Assembly (NCBI GenBank): GCA_028282105.1
Contig: JANQIO010000236.1
Location: 14,571 to 78,570, forward strand
Origin: Halieaceae bacterium
Lineage (GTDB): Bacteria; Pseudomonadota; Gammaproteobacteria; Pseudomonadales; Halieaceae
Reading direction: 5' to 3'
Length of the DNA stretch: 64,000 nucleotides
Position 1 is the first letter of the stretch. Each line of letters opens with the position of its first letter. This document shows positions 20,131 to 28,321 of this stretch, piece by piece. A program made the translations under genes and the position numbers. Under the pieces are notes generated by a model. The model saw only the letters and a list, made by a program, of their open reading frames with translations. It did not search any database and was not told the DNA's origin.

Positions 20131-21065
20131 AGCTGGCTATCCAGAACCTGCGGCAGGCCCTGCAAACCGCCAACAAGAAGCTGTCGCGGCGAATCCTGCA
20201 CTGGCGTATGCGCGGCAAATCTGAAGTGGAAATTCTTGAAGCCGAGCGCAAGCTGCGCGGCGTTGAGCAGTATGACAAGCTGCGTCGGGCCGACGTTGTG
20301 GTAGTGAGCTTTGGCAAGAGCGGCCGCACCTGGCTGCGGGTCATGGTGTCGCACCTGTTTCGGGTCATGCACGGGCTACCGGATAACGCCATTCTCGGCT
20401 TTGACAATTTTCACAACCTCAATCGCGCGGTGCCGAAAGTCTTCTTTACCCACGACAATTACATCAAGGACTTCACCGGCGACTTTGATACCAAGCAGCC
20501 TTTTTATGACAAGAAGGTTGTGCTGCTGGCCAGGGACCCTCGGGACGTGGCCGTGTCACAGTTCTTCCAGTGGAAGTTCCGCATCAAGCCCTCAAAGGTG
20601 GCCATCAACAACTATCCCCCCCGCGGCTCGGATATCAGCCTGTTCGACTTCGTCACCGGCGACAACGGCGGCAGCATGCGGGCGGTGTGCGACTACCTGA
20701 ACCTTTGGGCGGCGGAAGCCGGCAAGGTCGAGGATTTTTTCCTGCTGCGCTATGAGGAACTGCGCTCGGAACCGCACAGGAAATTGCGGGAGATGCTCGA
20801 CTTTATGCAGGTGGATGCCAGCGATGACCACGTGGATGCTGCAGTGGAATACTCCTCCTACGAAAACATGAAGAAAATGGAGAGTAAGCAGCAGTTTCGC
20901 CTGGCGGGCGGTCGCATGATGCCGCGGGACAAGGACAACCCCAACAGTTACAAGGTGCGGCGAGCCAAGGTGGGCGGCTACCGGGACTACTTCAACGACG
21001 ACGAAGTCCAGGCGATCGACCGCCTGCTGGCAGAATCACTGCACCCGCTGTTCGAGTACTCCTGA
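20127..21065 (+). CDS. PAPS-dependent sulfotransferase, paralog 3
   Basis: GTG start at 20127 overlaps the paralog 2 stop (GTGA). 5'-PSB loop FGKSGRTW, block LLARDPRDVAVSQFFQWKF, and C-terminal RRAKVGGYRDYF. Confidence 0.85.
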   Translation: MKLAIQNLRQALQTANKKLSRRILHWRMRGKSEVEILEAERKLRGVEQYDKLRRADVVVVSFGKSGRTWLRVMVSHLFRVMHGLPDNAILGFDNFHNLNRAVPKVFFTHDNYIKDFTGDFDTKQPFYDKKVVLLARDPRDVAVSQFFQWKFRIKPSKVAINNYPPRGSDISLFDFVTGDNGGSMRAVCDYLNLWAAEAGKVEDFFLLRYEELRSEPHRKLREMLDFMQVDASDDHVDAAVEYSSYENMKKMESKQQFRLAGGRMMPRDKDNPNSYKVRRAKVGGYRDYFNDDEVQAIDRLLAESLHPLFEYS

Positions 21066-21154
21066 TAAGTCGGTACAAATACCCTTGTTTTGCTGGCCAT
21101 CCCGGGTAGTGTGATGGGCAAGCCGCACACAGAGGCGGTGCCTGGAGTGAACCC

Positions 21155-21376
21155 ATGGGTAGTACGCAAGGTATTCAAGCCGTTTTCCGGCTCGCGGCGA
21201 TGCTGCTGATGCTCGCCTGCCTGCCCGCCTGTACCGCGATGGCAGTAACTGGCGCGGTCGTGGGCGCCGCCACCGCGGTGGCCGTCGAAGTGGTTGAGGT
21301 ACCGTTTGAGGTGGCCAGCGGCGTACACGGCGCGATCACCGACGACGATGAAGACGACGAAGACGAGGACGGCTAG
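21155..21376 (+). CDS. Small hypothetical protein, possible lipoprotein with poly-acidic tail
   Basis: 73 aa. Hydrophobic N-terminus with a Cys-containing LACLPAC, a Gly/Ala/Val-rich middle, and a C-terminal DDDEDDEDEDG. Coding status is uncertain. Confidence 0.4.
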   Translation: MGSTQGIQAVFRLAAMLLMLACLPACTAMAVTGAVVGAATAVAVEVVEVPFEVASGVHGAITDDDEDDEDEDG

Positions 21377-21711
21377 CCTGACGCCATGCAGGCGATGCAG
21401 CGAGTCGTGGTAGGGTCGAATTCGAGACGCGCCGGGTCTATCGCCTCACCGCAATTGAAGCACTCGCCGTAGTCTCCGTTCGCTATACGGCGTAACGCGC
21501 CTTCAATGCCGGCCAGCTGGAGCTGGCGCCGGCGCGCGGTTTCCCGGGCCATGCTCTGGGCCTGCATGGCATCCATTCGAGACAGGCGGCCTACCCGGGC
21601 CTGGTCCAGTTCCACCGTGGAGGCCGCGGATTCGGATTCACCTGCCAGCGCTTCCAGCTCGGTGCGCAATTGCTGGAGGCGTTGCCGGAAATACTCGAGG
21701 TCGATCACCAT
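21373..21711 (-). CDS. TraR/DksA-family C4 zinc-finger protein
   Basis: 112 aa with a coiled-coil N-terminus, then CFNCGEAIDPARLEFDPTTTRCIAC (CxxC-N17-CxxC). Confidence 0.8.
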   Translation of the reverse strand: MVIDLEYFRQRLQQLRTELEALAGESESAASTVELDQARVGRLSRMDAMQAQSMARETARRRQLQLAGIEGALRRIANGDYGECFNCGEAIDPARLEFDPTTTRCIACMASG

Positions 21712-21720
21712 TGAAGCTGC

Positions 21721-22272
21721 CTAAGCCAGCTTGCTGACCCGGTCGCCGCGGCGGATGCGGCCCGATTGAACGACGCGGGCATTGATCCCGCGCAAATGCA
21801 ATGCCTTGCCAGTGTCCGAATTGACAAAGCGCAGTGCGTCGTCACCGAAGCGTTCGCGGAACTTGCGGCAGCCGAGGTGGGGTTGGTCGGTCACCTCCAC
21901 CAGGGCTGTGCCGATGGCGAGCCGGCTGCCGGGTGGCAGGTTGGCTTCGCTGAGGTCCAGATCCACATAAAGCTGGTCTCCGGCCAGTGCCCAGCGTGCT
22001 TCGGTCCCGGCGATCAGTTCGATCGCACGGGCATTCATGATGTTGAGCTGCATGTCGGGGTGGGCGCTGCCGTCCCTGGTCCGCGACGAACCGCGGCTCA
22101 ACCAGTTGTCTCCCACCAGGCCGCGCTCGGTGCACAGCTCCGCCTCTACCAGCTCCTCGCGTTCGTTGCCGGCAGGCCGCCTGACCACCATTTGCAATTC
22201 ACCGCAGTCCGACGGTGCCGCGCGGATATGCGCCAGCCCCGCTTGCAGTTGTTCCGAAGTGCTATGATCCAT
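21721..22272 (-). CDS. MOSC domain-containing protein
   Basis: ORF track extends to 22296; trimmed to the ATG at 22272 (MDHSTSEQLQ). Blocks GLVGDNW and LHLRGINARVVQSGRIRRGD are typical of MOSC beta-barrel proteins. Confidence 0.7.
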   Translation of the reverse strand: MDHSTSEQLQAGLAHIRAAPSDCGELQMVVRRPAGNEREELVEAELCTERGLVGDNWLSRGSSRTRDGSAHPDMQLNIMNARAIELIAGTEARWALAGDQLYVDLDLSEANLPPGSRLAIGTALVEVTDQPHLGCRKFRERFGDDALRFVNSDTGKALHLRGINARVVQSGRIRRGDRVSKLA

Positions 22273-22285
22273 AGTGTCTCTCCCG

Positions 22286-23374
22286 TCAGGCTGCAAAGCG
22301 CTGTAATCCTATAAAGCGAGTGTCAAAGCTCGAGCTGCCGCCGGTGACCCGGTCGACCAGCAATTGCCCGAGCGCCGGCGCCAGTTTGAAACCGTGCCCC
22401 GATAAGCCGGCGGCGAAGGCCACTCGCTCGCTACCGGGTATGTTGTCGACGATGAAGTCCGCATCGGGGGTCATGGTGTAGAAGCAGCTCGCATGTTTCA
22501 GCCGCGTGGGCATAACGCCTGGCAGGTGATCTGCAATGAACGCCTCGATACGCTGATCGTCTGTCGGATCGCGTTCGCGGCTGGCGGTCAGTGGGTCGGT
22601 GACGGCTTCACCGCCGCTGTGCTCGGCCAGCTTCAGGCGGCCATCGCGAGCCGGGAAACCGTAGAATTGGCCGTGGGGCAGTTCGATAAAAAAGCCGTGT
22701 TGGTAGCGCTGATCCTGGCACTGGAACCAGTGCAGATGTTTGCGTGTGACTGTCAGAGGCAGATCCAGTTGAGACAGCAGTTGATGGCTCCAGGCACCAC
22801 CGGCAACTACCAGTCGGTCTGCAGAGTAGTTGCCGCGGTCGGTAATCACCTGGATGCCGGCTTCCCGTTCCCGCCAGTCTTCTATGGTTTCGCCCCAGCG
22901 ATGCTCCGCCCCCTGGTGCAGCGCCGCCGCCAGGTGAGCGCGCACGCAGGCCTCCACCGGCAGCCAACCGGCGTCCGGCTCGAACAGGGCGCAGGCGTCG
23001 CCGGGAATCAGATATTGCGGGAAATCACTGGCTTCCACGCGGTCGACTGTCAGGTCGTGTTCGCGGGCCGAGGCCAGCACGCCGCGAATCGTGTCACCCT
23101 CGGCGGGACCGGCGTAGAGAATGCCGCTGCGATGCAACAGCGATGGGTCCAGCGCATCCCACAGCGCATAGCTGTGGCGCAGCAGCGGCACATAGTCCGG
23201 GTGCTCGAAATACGACAGCCGGATCAGGCGCGATTCGCCGTGCGAGCTGCCGCGGTCGTGGGCAGGCGGGAAACGGTCCAGGCCTAAACAGCGCAGGCCG
23301 CGGCTGGCGGCATGGAAGAGGGCGGCGCTGCCGATGCCGCCGGTGCCCAGTACGATGAGGTCGTAGTGGGCCAT
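22286..23374 (-). CDS. solA: FAD-dependent N-methyl-L-amino-acid (sarcosine/N-methyltryptophan) oxidase-like
   Basis: 362 aa. Dinucleotide fold YDLIVLGTGGIGSAA, SSHGESRLIR, and a flavinylation-site-like ASCFYTMTPDADFIVD, matching my recollection of E. coli SolA. Confidence 0.75.
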   Translation of the reverse strand: MAHYDLIVLGTGGIGSAALFHAASRGLRCLGLDRFPPAHDRGSSHGESRLIRLSYFEHPDYVPLLRHSYALWDALDPSLLHRSGILYAGPAEGDTIRGVLASAREHDLTVDRVEASDFPQYLIPGDACALFEPDAGWLPVEACVRAHLAAALHQGAEHRWGETIEDWREREAGIQVITDRGNYSADRLVVAGGAWSHQLLSQLDLPLTVTRKHLHWFQCQDQRYQHGFFIELPHGQFYGFPARDGRLKLAEHSGGEAVTDPLTASRERDPTDDQRIEAFIADHLPGVMPTRLKHASCFYTMTPDADFIVDNIPGSERVAFAAGLSGHGFKLAPALGQLLVDRVTGGSSSFDTRFIGLQRFAA

Positions 23375-23382
23375 GCCCTGGC

Positions 23383-24285
23383 TCAGGCGGCCCGGACAGC
23401 GTCAACCAGGTCGAAGGCGTCTTCGCGCAGGTGGCCGGCGCTGATCTCGTCCTGGAGTTGTGCCTCGCTGATCTCGCCGGCATCCAGGCACTCTTTCACG
23501 AGGCCGAAGAAAAAGGCTTCCTGGGCCGGGTCGGGATGCTGGGCGTAGGTGCCGGCAAACTTGTAGTCGCCGAACAGGGCGCGCCGGGCGCGGCGCAGCC
23601 AGTGGCGTGGCGGGAACAGTTGGAAGGTATCGGCCGGCCGGTAGTCAATCTTGAGGCCGGTTTTCCAGGGCTGGGTCTTGCGCTTGGTGTTATGCAGTAG
23701 CTTGGTGTCCGCGGTGAGATTGTCGAAGTCGTTCCACTCGTTTTCCAGCACGCCGATGGTTGCCGGGTCCTCCAGCTTCAGGGATACCCAATCCATGTAG
23801 TCGCGGCGTACGTCGGGCTCGAACATCGCTTCGAAGTTCTCCTCGAACTTCCAGTGGCCGAGTTTCTCGCAGTCCAGCAGCATCACGCTGGATGCCCAGG
23901 CACCCTTGCGGCCCTTGCGGCCTGACTTGGGCCGGCACATGATGGCCTTGCCGCCCATATCGCGTTGCAGCAAATCCTGCACATCGGCGAGGGCAAAAAT
24001 ATCCGGGTCCATAACCACCGCGCGCCCCTGGTAGCCCATAAGCTGGGGCGGTGCGAAGCGCAGGGGCGTGAAGGACTGCAGGTCCTCGTTGACCCAGGGG
24101 CGCATTTCGCCGTCCCGGCGGTAGCGCTTGCCTTCGCGCGCCGCCATGCAGGGGAAATCCTTGACCTCGATGAACCTCACATCGAAGGCATCCGGGTTGT
24201 GGGCGTGCTTCTTCAGGGAGAAGCGGCTCACCAGCGCACCGAGCATCTGCTTGTGGTTGGTGTGAATAAATACCGTGGGTTTCAT
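23383..24285 (-). CDS. Uncharacterised GT-A-like (GT8-like topology) putative glycosyltransferase, paralog A
   Basis: 300 aa. Blocks FIHTNHKQ, LQSFTPLRF, GRAVVMDPDIFA (DxD-like D-P-D), ASSVMLLDCEKL, EWNDFD and HPDPAQEAFFFGLVKEC. The block order mirrors GT8 enzymes, but I cannot name a family. Confidence 0.5.
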   Translation of the reverse strand: MKPTVFIHTNHKQMLGALVSRFSLKKHAHNPDAFDVRFIEVKDFPCMAAREGKRYRRDGEMRPWVNEDLQSFTPLRFAPPQLMGYQGRAVVMDPDIFALADVQDLLQRDMGGKAIMCRPKSGRKGRKGAWASSVMLLDCEKLGHWKFEENFEAMFEPDVRRDYMDWVSLKLEDPATIGVLENEWNDFDNLTADTKLLHNTKRKTQPWKTGLKIDYRPADTFQLFPPRHWLRRARRALFGDYKFAGTYAQHPDPAQEAFFFGLVKECLDAGEISEAQLQDEISAGHLREDAFDLVDAVRAA

Positions 24286-24323
24286 GGTTTCCGGCAGTTC
24301 AAAGCTTGGGATAGTCTAGCGCC

Positions 24324-25388
24324 ATGAGCGAACACGAGCCAAATATCTGGTGCTTGCTGGGCAGGAAGGCGGGCGATAATACACAGGTGCGCGCCCTCGC
24401 AGAAGCCCTGGCTGTCAGATTCACGGAAAAACAGATTCTTGCCCGCGCTTACGAACTGCTACCGCAGCTGCTGCTGCGCGTCACGCTCGCCGGTATCGAC
24501 CGCGGTGCCTCCAGCGAGCTGGCGCCGCCCTGGCCAGACCTGGTGATCACCGCGGGCCGCCGCAATGAACCGGTAGCTCGCTGGATTCAGCGTCAGTCTG
24601 GCGGTCACACGCGGCTGGTTCACATCGGCCGACCCTGGGCGCCGCTGGACGCCTGGGACCTGGTGATCACCACGCCTCAGTATTTCCTGCCTGAACAGGC
24701 CAATGTGCTACACAACCAGCTACCGCTGCACCGTCGCCAGGCAGGGGAGGTCCCCGATCAGTGGCGCCAGCGTTTCGAGCCCTTGCCGCGACCGCTGATC
24801 GCAGTGCTGGTGGGGGGCGACAGCGGCAAATTTGTCATGACCGATGACAAGGGCCGGCGGCTCGGGCAGCTGGCGGGCGGGCTGGCGCAGCGGGCCGATG
24901 GCTCTCTGGTGTGCGTTGCCAGTCCCCGCACCCCAATATCGGCGTTTGCGGCACTCAGTGACAGTGCCGGGGCACCGGCCCAGTGCTTTCCCTGGGGAGG
25001 TGAAAATCCCTATCAGTCACTGTTGGCATTGGCGGACGCTTTCGTGGTCACCGGTGAGTCCATGTCCATGCTGGGGGAGGCCGCTGACAGCGGCAAGCCG
25101 TTGTTGATCTACGATATGGCAGACCCGGACCCGCGCTGGTGGCGGCAGGCTCACAACTATCGCTACAAACCCCTGAGCCATCGACTGGCGATGCGATTCG
25201 GTCCGCAGCGAATGCGGCGCGATGTCGGGCGTATTCAGCACGCCCTGGTGCGGGCGGGCCAGGCCAGCTGGCTCGCCGAGGGGTCGACAGTGTCGGGGCA
25301 GAGCGCTGCAGTTGTAGCGCCGTTTGATAGCAGCGCCGAGCTGCTGCGCTCGGCGCAGGCGGTCAGGCGGCTTCTGCCACCGCGCTGA
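24324..25388 (+). CDS. ELM1/GtrOC1-family putative glycosyltransferase, paralog C
   Basis: 354 aa. Blocks PWPDLVITAGRRNEPVARWIQRQSGGHTRLVHIGRPW, DLVITTPQY and VTGESMSMLGEA. The 3' end overlaps the convergent GT-A-like paralog B by 26 nt. Confidence 0.72.
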   Translation: MSEHEPNIWCLLGRKAGDNTQVRALAEALAVRFTEKQILARAYELLPQLLLRVTLAGIDRGASSELAPPWPDLVITAGRRNEPVARWIQRQSGGHTRLVHIGRPWAPLDAWDLVITTPQYFLPEQANVLHNQLPLHRRQAGEVPDQWRQRFEPLPRPLIAVLVGGDSGKFVMTDDKGRRLGQLAGGLAQRADGSLVCVASPRTPISAFAALSDSAGAPAQCFPWGGENPYQSLLALADAFVVTGESMSMLGEAADSGKPLLIYDMADPDPRWWRQAHNYRYKPLSHRLAMRFGPQRMRRDVGRIQHALVRAGQASWLAEGSTVSGQSAAVVAPFDSSAELLRSAQAVRRLLPPR

Positions 25389-26307
25389 GTGGGTGTTGTG
25401 AGGGCGGCGGCAGGTCCGGCGTGCGTGCCAGTACCTCGAAAGCGTCGTGGCGGACGTGGTTTTGCGCCATCTCCTTGCGGATGAACTCCTCGCTGATCTT
25501 GCCCTGCTCGATACACTCCTTGAGCAAGCCGAAGAAGAAGTTCTCCTGGTTCTGGTCCGGGTGCTGCTTGTAGTTGCCCAGGAAAGCGTATTCACCGAAC
25601 AGCTTGCGGCGCGCGCGCATGATCCAGGCCGCTGGCGGGAACAGCCGGAAGCGCTCCGCGGGTCGCCAGTCGGTGGGCAACCCGGTCTTCCAGGGCTGGG
25701 TCTTGCGACGGGTAGTGTGCAGCATCTTGGTGTCGGTGGTGAACTTGTCGAAGTCGTTCCACTCGGCCTCGAAGAAGTCAATGCTGTCGCGGTCTTCTTC
25801 CTTCAGGCACACCCAGGGCTGGTAGTCCTGGGTGAAATCGAACATGGCGCGAAACTTGGCTTCCGCATCCCAGTGCGTCAGCTTGGCGCAGTCGAGGAGC
25901 ATCACGCTGGAGGCCATGCAGCGGTCAACCAAACCTTTGGGCCCGGAGCGCATGCGGCACATGATGGCCTTGCCCTGCATGTCTCGGTTCAGCAATTCCC
26001 AGATGTCGGCAGCGGCAAAGATGTCCGGATCGATCACCACCGCGCGACCTTCAAAGCCCATCAGGCCCGGGGGCATGAAACGGGTGGGGGTGAAGGATTG
26101 CAGGTCGTCATTCAGCCAGGTGCGCTTGACCCCGTCGCGCAGGTACTCCTTGCCTTCAAACTCGGCGAAGAACGGGTAGTCGCGACTGTCCATGATCTGG
26201 ACATCGAACTTGTCATTGTTGGTGGAGTAACGGCGCAGGGCGTGCTCGGCAACAATCGCACCGGTAATCTGCTTGTGATTGGTCTGGATGAATACGCAGG
26301 CTTTCAT
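25363..26307 (-). CDS. Uncharacterised GT-A-like putative glycosyltransferase, paralog B
   Basis: ORF track extends to 26340; trimmed to the ATG at 26307 (MKACVFIQTNHKQ). Same blocks as paralog A (LQSFTPTRF, GRAVVIDPDIFA, EWNDFD, HPDQNQENFFFGLLKEC). Confidence 0.5.
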   Translation of the reverse strand: MKACVFIQTNHKQITGAIVAEHALRRYSTNNDKFDVQIMDSRDYPFFAEFEGKEYLRDGVKRTWLNDDLQSFTPTRFMPPGLMGFEGRAVVIDPDIFAAADIWELLNRDMQGKAIMCRMRSGPKGLVDRCMASSVMLLDCAKLTHWDAEAKFRAMFDFTQDYQPWVCLKEEDRDSIDFFEAEWNDFDKFTTDTKMLHTTRRKTQPWKTGLPTDWRPAERFRLFPPAAWIMRARRKLFGEYAFLGNYKQHPDQNQENFFFGLLKECIEQGKISEEFIRKEMAQNHVRHDAFEVLARTPDLPPPSQHPLSAVAEAA

Positions 26308-26408
26308 AAACGCTTGGCAGGGGTGTTGATAGGCGCGCAACTATAAAGCAAAGCGTCCGGATTTTCTATGCGGGCCGGCGCTCAAGACGGTGAATTTCAG
26401 CGCAGCTA

Positions 26409-27371
26409 TCAGCGCGAGTAGTAGTTGATGCTGCGCCCGGTGAGGGAGGTGTAGAGCACCCCGAAGGCCTTGGCCATGCGGTACAGGTTGTGCATCAGCA
26501 TGCCCTTGGAGAACACTGAAAAGGGCAGCAAAAACAACGACATAAGGATTTTGCTGAGGGAGGTGGCCAACAGTTTAATGGCCCGTATGCCGGTGCCGTG
26601 GGCGCGCGCCATGCTGACCTGCGAGCAGCCATTCTTGAACCCTCGCTTGAGCAGGCCGCGGGCGGTGTAGCGCTCGGGCTCATGGTTGCGGTGAATCACC
26701 GACATATCCGCCGATGCCAGGCTGGCCCCCAACTCGTGGGCGCGAATGAAGAAGTCCTTGTCCTCGCCACCGCTGAAGCGGAAGGTGTGGTTGAACACCG
26801 GGCCGATGGTGGCGATCCGCTCGAGGATGCTGCGGCCCACCAAGGCGTTGCAGGTGGAGGCACAGCCGGGCAGGCCGTAGCGGCCGCCTTTGTTTTCATG
26901 CTTGGCTTTCACCGGTGAGCGGAAGATCCCGGATTCCCTCGCCCATTGGGGCATGAAGGAATCGAGCACCCAGGTACCGAATACCAGGTCGGCGCCGGTC
27001 ACGGCCTGCCGGTCCAGCAGCTGGATGAGCCAGTCGGACTGCGGCTGGTCGTCGTCGTCGATAAAGGCCAGGAAATCGGCGCCCCGCTCCAGGGCCACCT
27101 CGACCCCGCGGTTGCGGGCGTAGGTTATACCGGAGCGCGGCTCGGTCACGTAGTGAATAGAGATCGGCAGGCGCGGCGCCGCGCGCTGGCAGATGGCTTC
27201 GGTTTCGGGATTGGGGTTGTTGTCAACCACGATCAGCTCCACCGAGCTCGGGTTGTAGCCGCTGAGGTCGATATCCTGCAGCGCGACCAGCAGGCGCATC
27301 AGTCCCTGGGAGCGACTGTGGGTGCAGACGCAGATGGCGACCCGCAGGTCGATGATCGTGCTGACTGTCAT
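26409..27371 (-). CDS. Family 2 glycosyltransferase
   Basis: ORF track extends to 27440; trimmed to the ATG at 27371 (MTVSTIIDLRVAICVCTHSR). Blocks VVDNNPNPET, ARNRG and AFIDDDD (DxD) fit the GT2 pattern. Confidence 0.82.
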   Translation of the reverse strand: MTVSTIIDLRVAICVCTHSRSQGLMRLLVALQDIDLSGYNPSSVELIVVDNNPNPETEAICQRAAPRLPISIHYVTEPRSGITYARNRGVEVALERGADFLAFIDDDDQPQSDWLIQLLDRQAVTGADLVFGTWVLDSFMPQWARESGIFRSPVKAKHENKGGRYGLPGCASTCNALVGRSILERIATIGPVFNHTFRFSGGEDKDFFIRAHELGASLASADMSVIHRNHEPERYTARGLLKRGFKNGCSQVSMARAHGTGIRAIKLLATSLSKILMSLFLLPFSVFSKGMLMHNLYRMAKAFGVLYTSLTGRSINYYSR

Positions 27372-27394
27372 GGTGAGACTGTCATTGTGAATTG

Positions 27395-28321
27395 CTACTT
27401 GAAAATACCGCGGCGGTAGAGGCCCCAGAAAAAGCCCCACATGTGAACCAGTGGACGCCGCCGCACGCGCTCGGGAATCTCAATCGGCTCCCCCGAGTGG
27501 CGCTCCAGCTTCCATGCGATATAGTCGAGTCCCCCCTCGAACGTAAACAGTGCCTTGACCAGGCGCAGCACTGATAGTGTCTTTCCCTGTACCACCCGCA
27601 GGCGCCATGCCCACGCTGCCGTCTTCCTGACGCCTGTGGGTATGTCGCTCCTATAGCGTTCATCATACACATGAAATGGGAACACAAGCGAATCGGCGTG
27701 GAATGTTGTGACGGACCGGTAGAAATCGGCTGCGGTGAGCACCAGTTCCCGCGCGCGGCCGCTGCGCTCCGTGCGCAGCTCGGTGCCGTAGCTCAAGCCC
27801 AGCGCGCCCTCCCACAGCTCCGCCAGCGAGCCCTCCGCCGGCAGGGCCGGCAGGGCCCTGTGCAATAGCGTGTAGGCGGCGTCCAGCAGACAGTCTTCGA
27901 CCTGTTGTCGGGTTTGTGGGCTGCGGCTCCAGGCAATCCGGGTGGGCTGCGCAAAGCGACCCCAGATATAAGACTGGAACCAGCCGCGGCTGCAGCCGCG
28001 GCGGAAGTCTGCCAGCGAGATCACCGTCACCTTGCTGCGCAGCACCTGTTTGTCCCAGAGCTGCTCGGCGTAGAACACGTTGGGGGGCAACAGCCGGTTG
28101 GCCAGCGCCAGAACGCCGTGGCCATAGGCCTGCGGGTAATCGTCGCACAGCAGGTAGATATCCAGCAGGCCGTCAAAGATGTCGCCGCTGCGCAGGCAGG
28201 ACCCGTATACCAGCACTGCCGCGATCGAGTCGTTGTGGCGTTGGCGCAGGGCCGAGACCAACTGGCCCAGGGCCGGGTGACTCTCGGTATCCGGGCCGTT
28301 GACGGCGGGATAATCACTCAT
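27395..28321 (-). CDS. Hypothetical protein with Tam41/Mmp37-like (nucleotidyltransferase-fold) pattern
   Basis: 308 aa. The pattern VLVYGSCLRSG..LLDIYLLCDD...PPNVFY...KVTVISLADF....WFQSYIWGRFAQPTRI resembles, from memory, the Tam41 pattern YGSG..DxIFxV...VYFNP..KYGVxS...L...W..xYLxGRxQKP. ATGA overlap with the upstream kinase gene. Needs an HMM check. Confidence 0.4.
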   Translation of the reverse strand: MSDYPAVNGPDTESHPALGQLVSALRQRHNDSIAAVLVYGSCLRSGDIFDGLLDIYLLCDDYPQAYGHGVLALANRLLPPNVFYAEQLWDKQVLRSKVTVISLADFRRGCSRGWFQSYIWGRFAQPTRIAWSRSPQTRQQVEDCLLDAAYTLLHRALPALPAEGSLAELWEGALGLSYGTELRTERSGRARELVLTAADFYRSVTTFHADSLVFPFHVYDERYRSDIPTGVRKTAAWAWRLRVVQGKTLSVLRLVKALFTFEGGLDYIAWKLERHSGEPIEIPERVRRRPLVHMWGFFWGLYRRGIFK

